The notes under the pieces are model-generated. The model ran no database searches and was not told the DNA's origin. It worked only from the letters and a program-made list of their open reading frames with translations. A program made the translations under genes and the position numbers. A DNA stretch of 64,000 bases. It comes from Macrostomum lignano. Lineage: Eukaryota. The stretch covers positions 62,001-126,000 of the forward strand of contig NIVC01002567.1 in assembly GCA_002269645.1 (NCBI GenBank), in the 5' to 3' direction. Below, piece after piece: positions 40,252-53,171 of the stretch. The first letter of the stretch is position 1, and every line of letters starts with the position of its first letter.

Positions 40252-40549
40252 ATCAGATTCTACTTTAAGTAGCATCAAAGAAATTTGAAAATCCAACCAG
40301 TAGTTTCTATACAAGCTCCTCGCTTTGGACAATTTTTATTGCATTATCTATCCGGCTATTGACCGGCTTTTAATTTGTCTTTTTAAAAGTACATGTGTAC
40401 GAGCCAGCTGGTTAACTTTGTACGATTGTAAAAATTGAAATTCAATGTGCTTCCATTGTTCGTTGTTTTGTTAACTCCGCTTGTCTCATGTGCGGTGTGT
40501 ATTGCTGTGTGTCACTATTCGTCTGTCACCATTATAGGTCTTTTTTATA

Positions 40550-40795
40550 TCTTGCCTGCCACCTCACCCTCCCCCTGCCTCCCTCACCCTCCCCCTGTCT
40601 CCCTCACCCTCCCTGCCTCCCTCACCCTCCCCCTGGCCTCCCTTACCCTCCCCAGCCTCCTTCACCCCTCCCCCTGCCTCCCTCACCCTCCTCCTGCCTC
40701 CCTCACCCCTCCCCCTGCCTCCCTCACCCCTCCCCCTGCCTCCCTCACCCTCCCCTGCCTCCCTCATTCTCCCCTGCCTCCCTCACCCTCCCATT
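40550..40795. repeat. C/T-rich about 20-bp repeat
   Basis: CCCTCACCCTCCCCCTGCCT units. Confidence 0.9.
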
Positions 40796-41404
40796 GCCAG
40801 CGGAAGTTAAGTGCAGTTTCTAATTTCTTTAAAAAAATTAGTCTTGACGATAACGGCTTGTTTATGTCTTTTTACTCTCACTTGTTTTTTATTTTTATAT
40901 ACTGAGCAGAGCTCGTCCGTGTCCATGTGATGCTTCTGATGTCAAGGGGCGTTATGCCATTCCCGAAGTCTGTTATTCCACGCTTGTCATTCCCCTTTTT
41001 CTCCAGGAAAATTGATTGTTTGCCAGCCTCTCAGAGCAGCTTGCTGATCAAACTGAGTTCAACTCATTGTTGACACAGGTTTTTAAATAGATTTTACAAG
41101 CGTTTGACTATCTGAGCGTTTTGTCAGTCTGTTCTTGTTTTCTGCGGTTTTAGGCCTGATTGCATGACAAAAAATTATTGTTATACAAACTGATTCTTGT
41201 TTGCTTGTGAGTGTTTCTCGTGTCAAAGTCTTCTTTTAAGTTCTGATATGAGTTCGAAAATATATAAATATTCCTTTCGGAGTGAGCAGTCCTATCTCTG
41301 ATACCTTCAATAGCTTTTTGTGTCAGCCAGGTTTGCTTACGAGCATAGTTGGTCATTTCCGTGTGCCATGCCGCCATGAAAGGAACGGGAACGGTGGGGG
41401 CTGA

Positions 41405-41790
41405 TGGAAAGGGTTAGAGAGTGATAAAAAGGGTGTGAGGGTAACAAAGAGTGTGTTAAGGTAAGGAAGAGGGTAAGAGGGTAATGAAAAGGGTGTGAGG
41501 GTAACAAAGAGTGTGTTAAGGTAAGGAAGAGGGTAAGAGGGTAATGAAAAGGGTGTGAGGGTAACAAAGAGTGTGTTAAGGTAAGGAAGAGGGTAAGAGG
41601 GTAATGAAAAGGGTGTGAGGGTTATGAAAAGGGTGTGAGGGTTATGAAAAGGGTGTGAGGGTTATGAAAAGGGTGTGAGGGCAATGAAAAGGGTTTGAGG
41701 GTAATTAAGAGGGTGTGAGGGCAATTAAAAGGGTTTGAGGGTAATGAAGAGGGTGTGAGGGCAATGAAAATGGTGTCAGGGTAATGAAGA
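41405..41790. repeat. Purine-rich 20/61-bp repeat
   Basis: GGTAATGAAAAGGGTGTGAG units with a 3-copy higher-order block. Confidence 0.85.
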
Positions 41791-42511
41791 GCGGAATAAA
41801 GAGAGTTGAAGGATGATTGAGAGGGTATGAGGGTGATGAAGAGGTTGCAAATGTTTAATCAGGTGAGAGGGTGCTGTGCAGGGCGAGAGCAATGCTTGCC
41901 CACGTTTCTGCTCGAAGAAGAAATGGGAACCAAAAAAGTAGCACATTATGAAATTTCTAATCTCAATAGTACAGCAAAGTGCTTTGTTGGCCCTCAAGGA
42001 ATGTATTGCATGGTTTCTATAATTAGCAGTAAATCCAGTCCATGGAATTCCCTTACTGCATGTCTACATGTACATTCGTGCACACGTATTTCCATAAATT
42101 ATATTTGTACGAAAGATTACTTTGGCCAGACACACAATGCCACTCAACGGACGCTTCTACCACGAAATCTACCCTCTGCATTATAGTGGGTTGGACTGGG
42201 TGGCAACAATTTGCACTGTGAGTTCCCAGGTATAGGAGTTGGCTGAGGGGATTGAAGCTATTCTTCGCCTGTGTACTTTCATGCCCGGTGTGTACTTGCT
42301 CAATCCATCAACCAACCGACCAAGCAAACCAAACAACCAACCTACCAGATAACCAAACTAATCAACCAATCAAGCAAGAAAGCTACCAAGCAAACAACCA
42401 ATCAAGCAAGAAAGCTACCAAGCAAACAACCAATCAAGCAAGAAAGATACCAAGCAAACAACCAATCAAGCAAGAAAGCTACCAAGCAAACAACCAATCA
42501 AGCAAGCAACA

Positions 42512-42698
42512 AATCGATCCCGCAGGCACCATGTCGCTGGCCCCACTCCGCTGCGTCGGTCCCGACTGCTCAGAGCCGTCGCCATTCCGACTGTCGCCAG
42601 CCGACGGTCGAGTCCGTATCGGCATGGCCGGCATCTACTACCTATTCGGTCACGTGACGTTCACCTCAATCACTCGAGCAGGCCTTCGCTGTGTCAGT
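42512..42698 (+). pseudogene. Truncated duplicate of the last exon of the TNF/C1q-like gene
   Basis: Near-identical to 45831 to about 46013 including the acceptor GATCCCGCAG; diverges after HVTFT and then breaks off. Confidence 0.88.
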
Positions 42699-43009
42699 TC
42701 GCTGTGGCGCCTCCTGGCACTGTGGCGCCTCCTGACACACTGACGCAGAATCAGTTTGCGCTGATACAGTTAAAGCGCCATTAACTGCTTGATAATTTTT
42801 TGCCTTTACTATCACTAATCGCTAATTATTTGCGAATAAATGAAATGATATTTAACTGATAGAAATGTCAGCCTCGTCTGCAATGCAAATTTAAGTATAA
42901 TATTCTATATACACGTAATGTATTTTTACCAGGTACTTATTTATGTACCTTAGAGAATATAATTCTTTCTATAGAATTATAATCTCTTGTTTTATTTTTA
43001 ATCAATACA

Positions 43010-43540
43010 CTAATGAACTAATACGCTAATGAACTAATACACGAATGAACTAATACACTTGTAATGAACTAATACACTAATGAACTAATACACTAATGAA
43101 CTAATACACTAATGAACTAATACACTAATGAACTAATACACGAATGAACTAATACACGAATGAACTAATACACTAGTAATGAACTAATACACTAATGAAC
43201 TAATACACTAATGAACTAATACACTAATGAACTAATACACGAATGAACTAATACACTAATGAACTAATACACTAGTAATGAACTAATACACTAATGAATT
43301 AACACACTAATACTTTCACGTGTCCCCATCCGCATATACTAATCCCTATCTTTCCCTCAGTCACTAATCCCCAACTGTCTCTCATTCACTAATCCCCAAC
43401 TGTCTCCCATTCACTAATCCCCAACTGTCTCCCATTCACTAATCCCCATCCGTCCCTCATTCACTAATCCCCATCCGTACCTCATTCACTAATCCCCATC
43501 AGTCCCTCAGTCACTAATCCCCACCTGTCCCTCATTCACA
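43010..43540. repeat. 16-bp and 24-bp tandem arrays
   Basis: (TAATGAACTAATACAC)n at 43010-43310; (TCACTAATCCCCAACTGTCTCCCAT)-like at 43360-43540. Confidence 0.9.
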
Positions 43541-43890
43541 AACCTCCCTTTGCTTTCCCTAAATGGTAACTCTGTGCAATTTAAATCGCTAATATTCCTA
43601 TCTGACATTCAGTTAATCCAGTTGGCAGCAGCTACATCCTTGTTAGTTAAAAAGCCAAAGTGCCTTCCATGGGAGTTTCGCTCTACGTCATGTCAAAAAT
43701 CTGCTACCGAAGCATCGCACATCCTCGTATGTGCAAACTGATTTTACTCAATCCAGTTGCTGCGCAAATGCGGTGCCTTTTGCCAATTATTTAGCACCTC
43801 TTTCCGCAAAACCAACGCTCTGAGTCATATATTTAAGTCCGCGGAATCGCCCCCCCCCTTCTTATATACGGGCAGATACGAGTACAAGGC

Positions 43891-45366
43891 ATGGAGTCGT
43901 GCCGGTTCTTGTCCCGTGTCGATTGCGCGTGCACCTGCAATCACAGATCCAATATTCGTTACAAGGAGAACAAGCCCAAAATAATGCCAACGCCCAACGA
44001 CAGCTTCATCCGGATTCCCTCGCAGACTCCCAACGAACAACCGACTGTCTCAAAGCCTTTGAGAATGACATGCGTCTCAGCGCTGCTCTGCCTGTTGTTC
44101 GCCTCTTCAATTGTCTGCCTGCAACTCTGGCCACGATATGGAGCCGGCTCCAAGTCTCCTGTTCAACAAAATGCCACTTTCAATGACGGCAAGGCACCTT
44201 CTTCAGCTGCGAGAAATCTGCCTGCAGCCCCGACGGTTTTGACTGTGAGTCTGGCGCTGTGAGACAGACACTAGGACATGCAGATAGACACTAGGACATA
44301 CAAATAGACACTAGGACATGCAAATAGACACTAGGACATGCAGATAGACACTAGGACATGCAGATAGACACTAGGACATGCAGATAGACACTAGGACATG
44401 CAAATAGACACTAGGACATGCAGATAGACACTAGGACATGCAGATAGACACTAGGACATGCAGATAGACACTAGGACATGCAGATAGACACTAGGACATG
44501 CAGATAGACACTAGGACATGCAGATAGACACTAGGACATGCAGATAGACACTAGGACATGCATGCAGGCACAAAGACATTGAGACACTACTACATGCACA
44601 CTGACACAAAGACATGCTGAAAGACACTATAGGCCAAGCAGACGAATACTAAAACATATAAACATAAAGACAGCCGTGAAGACAGAGAAGGCAGGCAGAA
44701 TGAACTCAGAACAGCTATTTTTAGCCCTTGCTCAATTTTATCAAGGGTCCCTATGAGCTCTTGTCCTGCATGGTAAGCGTTGCTATGCAGTACTGGTCAG
44801 GTGTACCCCAGAGTTCCGCTGCCACCGCTCCTCACCAGTGTGATCCAGCGCACTCTACAAGGAAATTCCAAGCTTCTGCCCCGGCTTTTCTGCACTTTTT
44901 CCACCCCCAGACAAACACTCACCCCCCTCGCAACCCTCGCAGAGATCCTACGCACTAGATCTGCGCTCGCTGCCGCAGTGCACTAAGGCGAGGCAACAGC
45001 AGCAGTCGATGAGGGCACTGCAGTGTCGGAATGGTGCCGACTACGTGTTCAAGGGTGAGGATTTTGTTTACCTACAAGTACAGTGGCATCGCTTCCGTGA
45101 AAGGAATAGGAAAAGATACTTTGCTCTATAAACTTTGTCACTATCGTGAGTTCGAATTTTCCCCACAAATTGGTCAGTCAACCAATCAATCAATCAATTA
45201 ATCAATCAATCAGTCAATCCAAGAATCAATCAACCAACCAATCAATCAATCAATCAATCAACCGATCAATCAACCAACCAATCAATCAATCAATCAACCG
45301 ATCAATCAACCAACCAATCAATCAATCAATCAACCAATCAATCAATCAACCAACCAACCAACCAGC

Positions 45367-45426
<60 letters not shown>

Positions 45427-45617
45427 TATCAATCAATCAGTCAATCCAAGAATCAATCAACCAACCAATCAATCAATCAATCAATCAACCAACCAATCAA
45501 CGAATCAATCAACCAACCAATCAATCAGTCAATCAACCGATCAATCAACCAACCAATCAATCAATCAATCAACCAATCAATCAATCAACCAATCAATCAA
45601 TCAACCAACCAACCAAC

Positions 45618-45656
<39 letters not shown>

Positions 45657-45673
45657 CCAACCAATTAACGAAT

Positions 45674-45704
<31 letters not shown>

Positions 45705-46194
45705 CCAATCAATCAACCAACCAACCAATCTATCAATCAACGAATCAATCAATCAACCAACCAACCAATTAATCACCCAATCAACCTATCGCCCAATAAA
45801 TCAAGCAACCGACAAATCAGTCGACCAACCAATCGATCCCGCAGGCACCATGTCGCTGGCCCCACTCCGCTGCGTCGGTCCCGACTGCTCAGAGCCGTCG
45901 CCATTCCGACTGTCGCCAGCCGACGGTCGAGTCCGCATCAGCATGGCCGGCATCTACGACCTGTTCGGTCACGTGACGTTCACCTCGCCCGAGCAGGCCT
46001 CCGCTGTGCCGGTCGGCCTGCTGGTGAACGGCCGGCCAGCGGCGGTGTCCCGGACAGGCTGCTCAGTGCAGAGGAAGCTGCGCCTGCAGCCCGGAGACTG
46101 GGCCCGTCTGATAGTGCTTCGCAACGGCCCCATCGTCAGGGTTAGCGCCAGTCCCAGCGCCACACTGCTGCAGGTCACGCGTCTGGGAGACTGA
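43891..46194 (+). CDS. Type II membrane protein with C-terminal TNF/C1q-like jelly-roll domain; exons 43891 (or 43984)-44244, 44943-45054, 45845-46194
   Basis: N-terminal cytosolic part; TM CVSALLCLLFASSIVCLQLW; stalk; then DGRVRISMAGIYDLFGHVTF (cf. TNF-family G.L.I...G.Y..Y..V.F), LRLQPGDWARLIV (L.L..GD.I.V) and TLLQVTRL. Splice phases 0 and 1 match. Confidence 0.7.
44262..44560. repeat. 20-bp minisatellite
   Basis: (GACACTAGGACATGCAGATA)n starting 18 bp after the donor; related to the 11.2-13.6 kb family. Confidence 0.95.
45135..45832. repeat. (CAAT/CAAC)n microsatellite
   Basis: Direct inspection. Confidence 0.95.
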
Positions 46195-46750
46195 GCAGCC
46201 TAGGGCTCCCTGAGCCTCCGACCTCACCACAGCAACTATCCAGCACACCACAAGCAGCTGCTTCTTTGCATCGAACTTCATTTAACCTCGTGACTTTGGC
46301 ATCGTCTGCAATTGCATTAGCATTCATTCTCATGCATGCACAGCCTCTCTGTTGTATCCGGACGCAACACTCAGGTTGAGGAGGCGTTAAGGTTCGCATA
46401 ATTTTTTAAAATTTATCTGCAATTCAACTTTGTCTGTGCAAATTAAGCCGCTCATTCTACTTGAAGATTTCAATTTTCTGTTCACTACTTTTGTAAAATA
46501 TCCTTAAAGCTTGCAATAAGTCGTTTTTGTTTGGTGAATTTTCGCAATAAATTATTTCATTTTAAATTCATGCTGACAAAAGGTGTATTTCTGCCGGCTG
46601 TAAAAAATCTGGACTTTGATACGCTTTTGCTTAACATTCTGATACTCTCTACTTGTCAGTAGACTCTTTCGCAAACCAGCGACTCTTTCTTTGAATCTTT
46701 CATTCATCGGGCTGGCCCGATCAGTGACAATCAGGAAGCCAGCAACGGGA

Positions 46751-48835
46751 TCAGCTGACCAGCTCGCACACCTGGGCGCATCTCTCCGTGTACAGATCAG
46801 CGAAGCGCCTGGCCAACTCCAGGAACGGCTGCTCAACGCCTTGGCCGTCCTTGGCGGAGGCCTCGAAGTAGGCCAGGCCGGCGGACTGCGCCAGCTCCTG
46901 GCCTTGGCTTGGTGTCACAATGCGCCGGTTGTCCAGGTCGGACTTCAGCGCCACCAGAGCTGTGGGAATCGGCGCCAGCTGAGAACAGGGGGAGGGGGAG
47001 TTTCTGATGCAGAAGGCCGCTGGCAAATCATGAAGTTTTCCGTCTTTCAACACTATTAAATTCTCCTCAGCATCTCACCTTGTGGACTCCTGAATCACAA
47101 ATGAAGCCATGCATTGTTTGTTCTCTCCAAGGCTTACTCAAAAGCTTATCAAGTTATTCGTTCACAAACTGCTACCCGAAGCTGATAGGCAAAGGCAAAG
47201 GCATTTATGCACTGATTTTGATAAACATATTTTGAAAAACGCAAATTATATTACTCACAATTGTCAGTAGTGTACTATAAATTTCATACCTTCCCTTTAA
47301 TACGAGTACATGTACCTAACATAGCTTGCTGGTCGTATATCTGCCTGAATGTCTACTTCCAGTTACACCATATATACACTCCCAATGTCTACTTCCAGTT
47401 ACCTACCATGTATACTCCAAATGTCTACTTCCATTTACCTACCATGTATACTCCCAATGTCTACTTCCAACACCTACCATGTATACTCCAAATGTCTACT
47501 TCCAACGCCTACCATGTATACTCCAAATGTCTACTTCCAACACCTACCATGTATACTCCAAATGTCTACTTCCAACACCTACCATGTATACTCCAAATGT
47601 CTACTTCCAAGTTGCCTACCATGTATACTCCAAATGTCTACTTCCAGTTACCTACCATGTATACTCCAAATGTCTACTTCCAACACCTACCATGTATACT
47701 CCAAATGTCTACAAATGTTAAGGTATTTTAGAAGTAGTTTTTCAAAATTTATGGTATACTATTGATATTGGTGAATAATATTGCTGTGTAGTGAGTAAAA
47801 TATTGCAAATATTGGATTAGTTAAGCAGTACATGTTTATAGATTATTTTCTTAGCGTATTTTCCTCATATTTCTACTGTCAGTAGAGTATCAAATAAAAG
47901 TCCTGCATAATTTAGACTAGCTATTTTTGTTGCACGCTGTATATTAATTTGTAGATTTGTCAGATTTTTATATGCGGTTATTTCGCGACGGTCCAGGCAG
48001 GTATCGCGTACAGAAAATAAATATATCGGAGCTGTCCATAGCTCCACTTACCTTTCTTCACAAATGCAACACAGTTTCCCAAAAGCGGCACTGAAACGCG
48101 TGCTAAGCAGAGACAGCTAGGAACAGATGGAATTTAGCTGGAACTCTGCCTGTCCCGCCGGTCTCTCTCCGATAGCATTTCATGAACGAATATAGCGATC
48201 GATAAACTTAAGTGATCAAATAAGTAACTGCATGGAGATTAAATTACTATATATGAAGAAATTCTGTATACAATTCAGCCCACTTCCTGTGATTTTGTTT
48301 GTGTTCTCAGAAGTATCATATCCACCACAAAGCAGCTATTATTAGCATTTATCATGCACTATTCTAGCAATTCGCTTACCACCTGCTGCTGCTGCTGCTG
48401 CGGCTTTGATGGCTTCATCTGCCGGCTGCCTCTGCCTCTCTCTACCAGCCTCTGCAGTTTGCCCAGCCAGTGACGGCATTTTTCAAAGGACGCCTCGCTG
48501 GTGACGTCATAGGTCAGCACGCACAGGTCGGGTCCCTCCGCGTGGCCCTCCACCGCGTCGGCGTAGACCTCCTGGCCGGCGCAGTCATAGATGTGCAGCT
48601 CGACCTGCACCTGCTGCTGCTGCTGCATCTGTAGCTGATGCTGCTCAGTGACCCGACTGCTCAGCGGTGCTGCCGCTGGCGGAGTGACCGCTTTCACTAG
48701 AAGCTCCACGCCCAGCGTCATGTTGTAGTTCTTGGGAAAGTGCTGCCCATCGGAATGGAAAGTCTGCACCAGGGCGCTCTTGCCCGCGGCCGCGTCTCCC
48801 AGCACAATTGTCTTTGCGCGAAGCAGCAGAGGCAT
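46751..48835 (-). CDS. IFT27: Intraflagellar transport protein 27 (RABL4); exons 48835-48380 and 46978-46751
   Basis: MPLLLRAKTIVLGDAAAGKSALVQTFHSDGQHFPKNYNMTLGVELLVK, ELHIYDCAGQE, YFEASAK...VEQPF. Phase-0 GT-AG intron. Confidence 0.92.
47345..47712. repeat. 35-bp minisatellite in IFT27 intron
   Basis: Unit CCTACCATGTATACTCCAAATGTCTACTTCCAACA. Confidence 0.93.
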
Positions 48836-48860
48836 GCTTCTCTGCGGTGTTGAATTTCTT

Positions 48861-48874
48861 CTTTCCCTGGCAAC
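48861..48874. promoter_or_regulatory. RFX X-box candidate upstream of IFT27
   Basis: CTTTCCCTGGCAAC (12/14 to GTTNCCATGGNAAC, intact GGCAAC half-site), 26 bp from the ATG of a ciliary gene. Confidence 0.55.
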
Positions 48875-49137
48875 CAGATCCGGCCTAGCTGCAGCCTGGG
48901 TCCACCTGTCCTCCTTTATGGGATGATTTTTACAGCAGCCGCAAACCCATTGTCTATACTCTGCAATTGTTCCTAACTTGCTGGCGTTGCTTCTCCTCCC
49001 TTCTCTTCTGCCAGTGCTCTCTCGCATTCAAGTCCAGCGCGGCAGTGAGTGTACATTCAATCCAGCATGAGTATGTTTTGAGTACCGCTTCTCATGCACC
49101 TGCAGCATAGCAACAGTTGAGCATATGGGTGTATTTG

Positions 49138-49148
49138 CTATCTATCTA

Positions 49149-49183
<35 letters not shown>

Positions 49184-49268
49184 GTCTATCTATCTATCTA
49201 TCTGTCTATCTATCTATCTATCTGTCTATCTATCTATCTATCTATCTATCTGTCTATCTATCTATCTG

Positions 49269-49327
<59 letters not shown>

Positions 49328-49363
49328 GTCTATCTATCTATCTATCTATCTATCTGTCTATCC

Positions 49364-49419
<56 letters not shown>

Positions 49420-49420
49420 G

Positions 49421-49471
<51 letters not shown>

Positions 49472-49512
49472 GTCTATCCATCTATCTGTCTATCTATCTA
49501 TCTATCTATCTG

Positions 49513-49551
<39 letters not shown>

Positions 49552-49587
49552 GTCTATCTATCTATCTATCTATCTATCTGTCTATCC

Positions 49588-49635
<48 letters not shown>

Positions 49636-49636
49636 G

Positions 49637-49667
<31 letters not shown>

Positions 49668-49675
49668 GTCTATCC

Positions 49676-49719
<44 letters not shown>

Positions 49720-49744
49720 GTCTATTTGTCTATCTATCTATCTG

Positions 49745-49783
<39 letters not shown>

Positions 49784-49784
49784 C

Positions 49785-49815
<31 letters not shown>

Positions 49816-49823
49816 GTCTATCC

Positions 49824-49860
<37 letters not shown>
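49138..49860. repeat. (TCTA)n microsatellite
   Basis: Direct inspection. Confidence 0.97.
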
Positions 49861-50184
49861 CAGTAGAAATAAGGAAAAGGAAATCTCATTTATTTCACCG
49901 AGTTGATCAAATTTATATTTTTTAACTGTTGCCAAACCCACTAAGCACACCGAGACACAAGACCGAGAACTTGAAACCGGCCTAGTAAAATTAAAACTTA
50001 TTGATTTTTTTCGTGCTATTAAAAACTGAAAAAGCATAAAAGGACTTTAGAAGTATTAAATATTTAAGAAGATACTTGATAAAAAATAGGTAGCGAATTT
50101 GGATAGAACTGTTTAATATTGATATTCGATACCAAAATTTAAGCAGAAGAGGATATTATAGTTAATAATATTGGGGCCTTAAAA

Positions 50185-50465
50185 GATTCAATCCTGAAAC
50201 TGTCAGATTCCATTCTGAAACTGTCAGATTCCATTCTGAAACTGTCAGATTCCATTCTGAAACTGTCAGATTCCATTCTGAAACTGTCAGATTCCATTCT
50301 GAAATTGTCAGATTCCATTCTGAAACTGTCAGATTCCATTCTGAAACAGTCAGATTCCATTCTGAAACTGTCAGATTCCATTCTGAAACTGTCAGATTCC
50401 ATCCTGAAACTGTCAGATTCCATTCTGAAACTGTCAGATTCCATCCTGAAACTGTCAGATTCCAT
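50185..50465. repeat. 21-bp minisatellite
   Basis: Unit GATTCCATTCTGAAACTGTCA. Confidence 0.95.
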
Positions 50466-50602
50466 GCTTGAAATATTTGGATTTCATCCTGACAGCCGCA
50501 AACTGAACCCGAAAACCGCAGACAAGAGGCAAATACTGGGGATCATGCAAAGTAATTGTTAGATTATTGTTACTGCAAATTGCACAACGGAAGGCAGAGC
50601 CA

Positions 50603-51166
50603 TCACACCCGCTGGAAGGCCAGCTGGCCTGTGCTTCTCTCGATATAGTCCAGCTCCCGCTTCATCTGGCACAGAGCGCAGGGCAGCGAGCAGCTGCTCG
50701 TTACGCAGCAGTCGTCGATGGCTCCGCCCGAGATGCCGTGGGCGGCGCGCAGTTTGGTGCGGTAGACCAGAGGCGCTGAGTGGCCGCACAGCGACAGGCA
50801 GAACGGGGCGCAGCAGCTCTCGCCCATTCTCGGCGACAGGCTGCAGCACAAGAAGCAGGGGGTGCACCAGGTGACCAGGCAGCAGGAGCTCATGTCCTCG
50901 CAGCAGCCGCAGAGACTCGTCGACCAGGTGCGCAGCTGGCGCGGCTGGTTAGTCACCACGTTGCCCAGGTTGACCATCACGTGGGTGCCGCCGCCACTGC
51001 CGCCACTTCTGTCCATGTTGACTGACGGCTGGTTGTAACCCACTCGGTAGGGATCCATGCCGGATGCCGTTGGCTGCTGCTGAGTCACCCAGTGCTGCTG
51101 CTGCTGCTGCTGGTCCTCGTCTTGGTCATACTTTGGCGGCGGAGCGGTCGGTTCGTAGCGAGCCAT
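50603..51166 (-). CDS. PLAC8/cornifelin family protein, paralog 1
   Basis: WSTSLCGCCEDMSSCCLVTWCTPC...GESCC...RTKLRAAHGISGGAIDDCC...CALCQMKREL; Gln/Pro-rich N-terminus; single coding exon. Confidence 0.92.
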   Translation of the reverse strand: MARYEPTAPPPKYDQDEDQQQQQQHWVTQQQPTASGMDPYRVGYNQPSVNMDRSGGSGGGTHVMVNLGNVVTNQPRQLRTWSTSLCGCCEDMSSCCLVTWCTPCFLCCSLSPRMGESCCAPFCLSLCGHSAPLVYRTKLRAAHGISGGAIDDCCVTSSCSLPCALCQMKRELDYIERSTGQLAFQRV

Positions 51167-51224
51167 GCTGCTTTCGGAGCTGCTGGGGCCGGGCGCGAAA
51201 AGGGGGACAGTGCTTTAACTGCGT

Positions 51225-51700
51225 GTCTTGGTGCGTCTGTCTGTCTTGGTGCGTCTGTCTGTCTTGGTGCGTCTGTCTGTCTGTCTTGGTGCGTCTGTCT
51301 GACTGTCTTGGTGCGTCTGTCTGACTGTCTTGGTGCGTCTGTCTGACTGTCTTGGTGTGCCTGTCTGTCTGTCTTGGTGCGTCTGTCTGTCTGTCTTGGT
51401 GCGACTGTCTGTCTGTCTTGGTGCGACTGTCTGTCTGTCTTGGTGCGTCTGTCTGTCTTGGTGCGTCTGTCTGACTGTCTTGGTGCGTCTGTCTGACTGT
51501 CTTGGTGTGCCTGTCTGTCTGTCTTGGTGTGTCTGTCTGTCTTGGTGTGTCTGTCTGTCTGTCTTGGTGCGACTGTCAGTCTGTCTTGGTGTGTCTGTCA
51601 GTCTGTCTTGGTGTGTCTGTCAGTCTGTCTTGGTGTGTCTGTCTGTCTTAGTGTGCCTGTCTTAGTGTCTCTGACTCTGCCTGTCTTGTTGTCTGTCTGC
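51225..51700. repeat. TCTG/TCTTGGTGCG low-complexity array
   Basis: Direct inspection. Confidence 0.9.
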
Positions 51701-53171
51701 ACTTGCCTAATAATTGTTGAATAAGTGAATACTAGACACAATCGAGAAGGAAATCCTACACAAACTTAAAAGGTGTCCGAGATCCAGGCAGGATTCACTG
51801 ACTCACTTTGCTGCGGTTCAATAATCAGTTCAGTTAAGTTCAGTTCGGACCAGTTGTGCATTTTAATAGCTTCTTCAAACATTTATTCTAATTCGCAACA
51901 ATCTCTATACTTTAGCTAACATGTATAGCAGTCTAGGACTCTGGCTCTGCAGTTTTTGTGAATTCGAATTTCCAAGAAATACGAGTGTTTCCAAGAAATG
52001 CGAATGCACACTGACTGACTAAGAGGTAACTGCAGTGTAGACACAAACAATTACAGATATGATATCTATCGAATGAATCAATGCCGTTGGCTCAAGGCTG
52101 ACGTTGGCTATAGTATTATAATCATACGGTGTTTATAACGGCATGCCTTAGTTTTACGACCTGAGATAACAGAAACAGAAAATATAAGATGAATTAGTTT
52201 TTAAATAGTTTTTTCTTGAAAGTCCAAGTCCAGGTCTCTCTATATCGCCTATAGGAGTAGATCATATGCGAAAAGAGAGGATTACAAAAATGAAGAGATC
52301 ACATCACATCTTACCTTCTTTGACTTTAGTTTATAACTTTAACTTGGCTTGACTGGTGGAACAAGTCCGGTAGCTAAATTTCCTGGAAATTGTGCTGGCT
52401 TGGCAGTCATTCCCCCTCAAGTTCCTCCAATATAAAGGCTGGTTCTCCGTCGTTCGCAAATGTACATACTCCCCACCCCACCCCCGCCCCAAATAAAGAT
52501 AAGTGAGGGCCGCCAATGTACATTGCAAATGCCCACGGACAAAGGCGGGCCCCGTTTTTTAAAGTTTTAATGTTACTAATAAACTTTTATATACGAGCGT
52601 ACTTATTATAGCTTGTTTTCTTGGCTGAAGTATATTATATTATAAAATAAATTAGAATAAGATGTCTGCGTAAGTTGTAGGGGAAGGTTTCACAAACCCG
52701 AATTTTCGCAATGTTGAAAGTTGTCTATAAACTTGGTCTGGCCACGTTAAAGCGAGCGTTAAATTGTCAACCCCAGCCTGTATATGGACATTCAATGTTA
52801 TCCTGCCGAGTGCGTTACTGTGGGCCATAGAGAGTGTGTGAATGCGGTTGCGGCCATAGACAAAAAGAGTAACTATGTTTTATCATAGAACTTAAACATA
52901 GAGACTGAATATATTATGACTGGAGGTAGTGTACGAGCTATACGACAATAACAAACCAAGCAATATAGAAAAAGAGTAATAGCACAATTGCGGCAGTGTG
53001 CGTAGCATAATTAATTCCCTTTAAAGATTATATAGATATAGATAATGAACCTGTAGTACTTATAAAAATGGCTGGCTGAAAGGCTATTGGCTATATTTTA
53101 AGGCTTATCACAATTCCCAAATAGTGCGCGACATACCCTAGATAGATAGCAACCCTTCGCTTCAACCTGCA

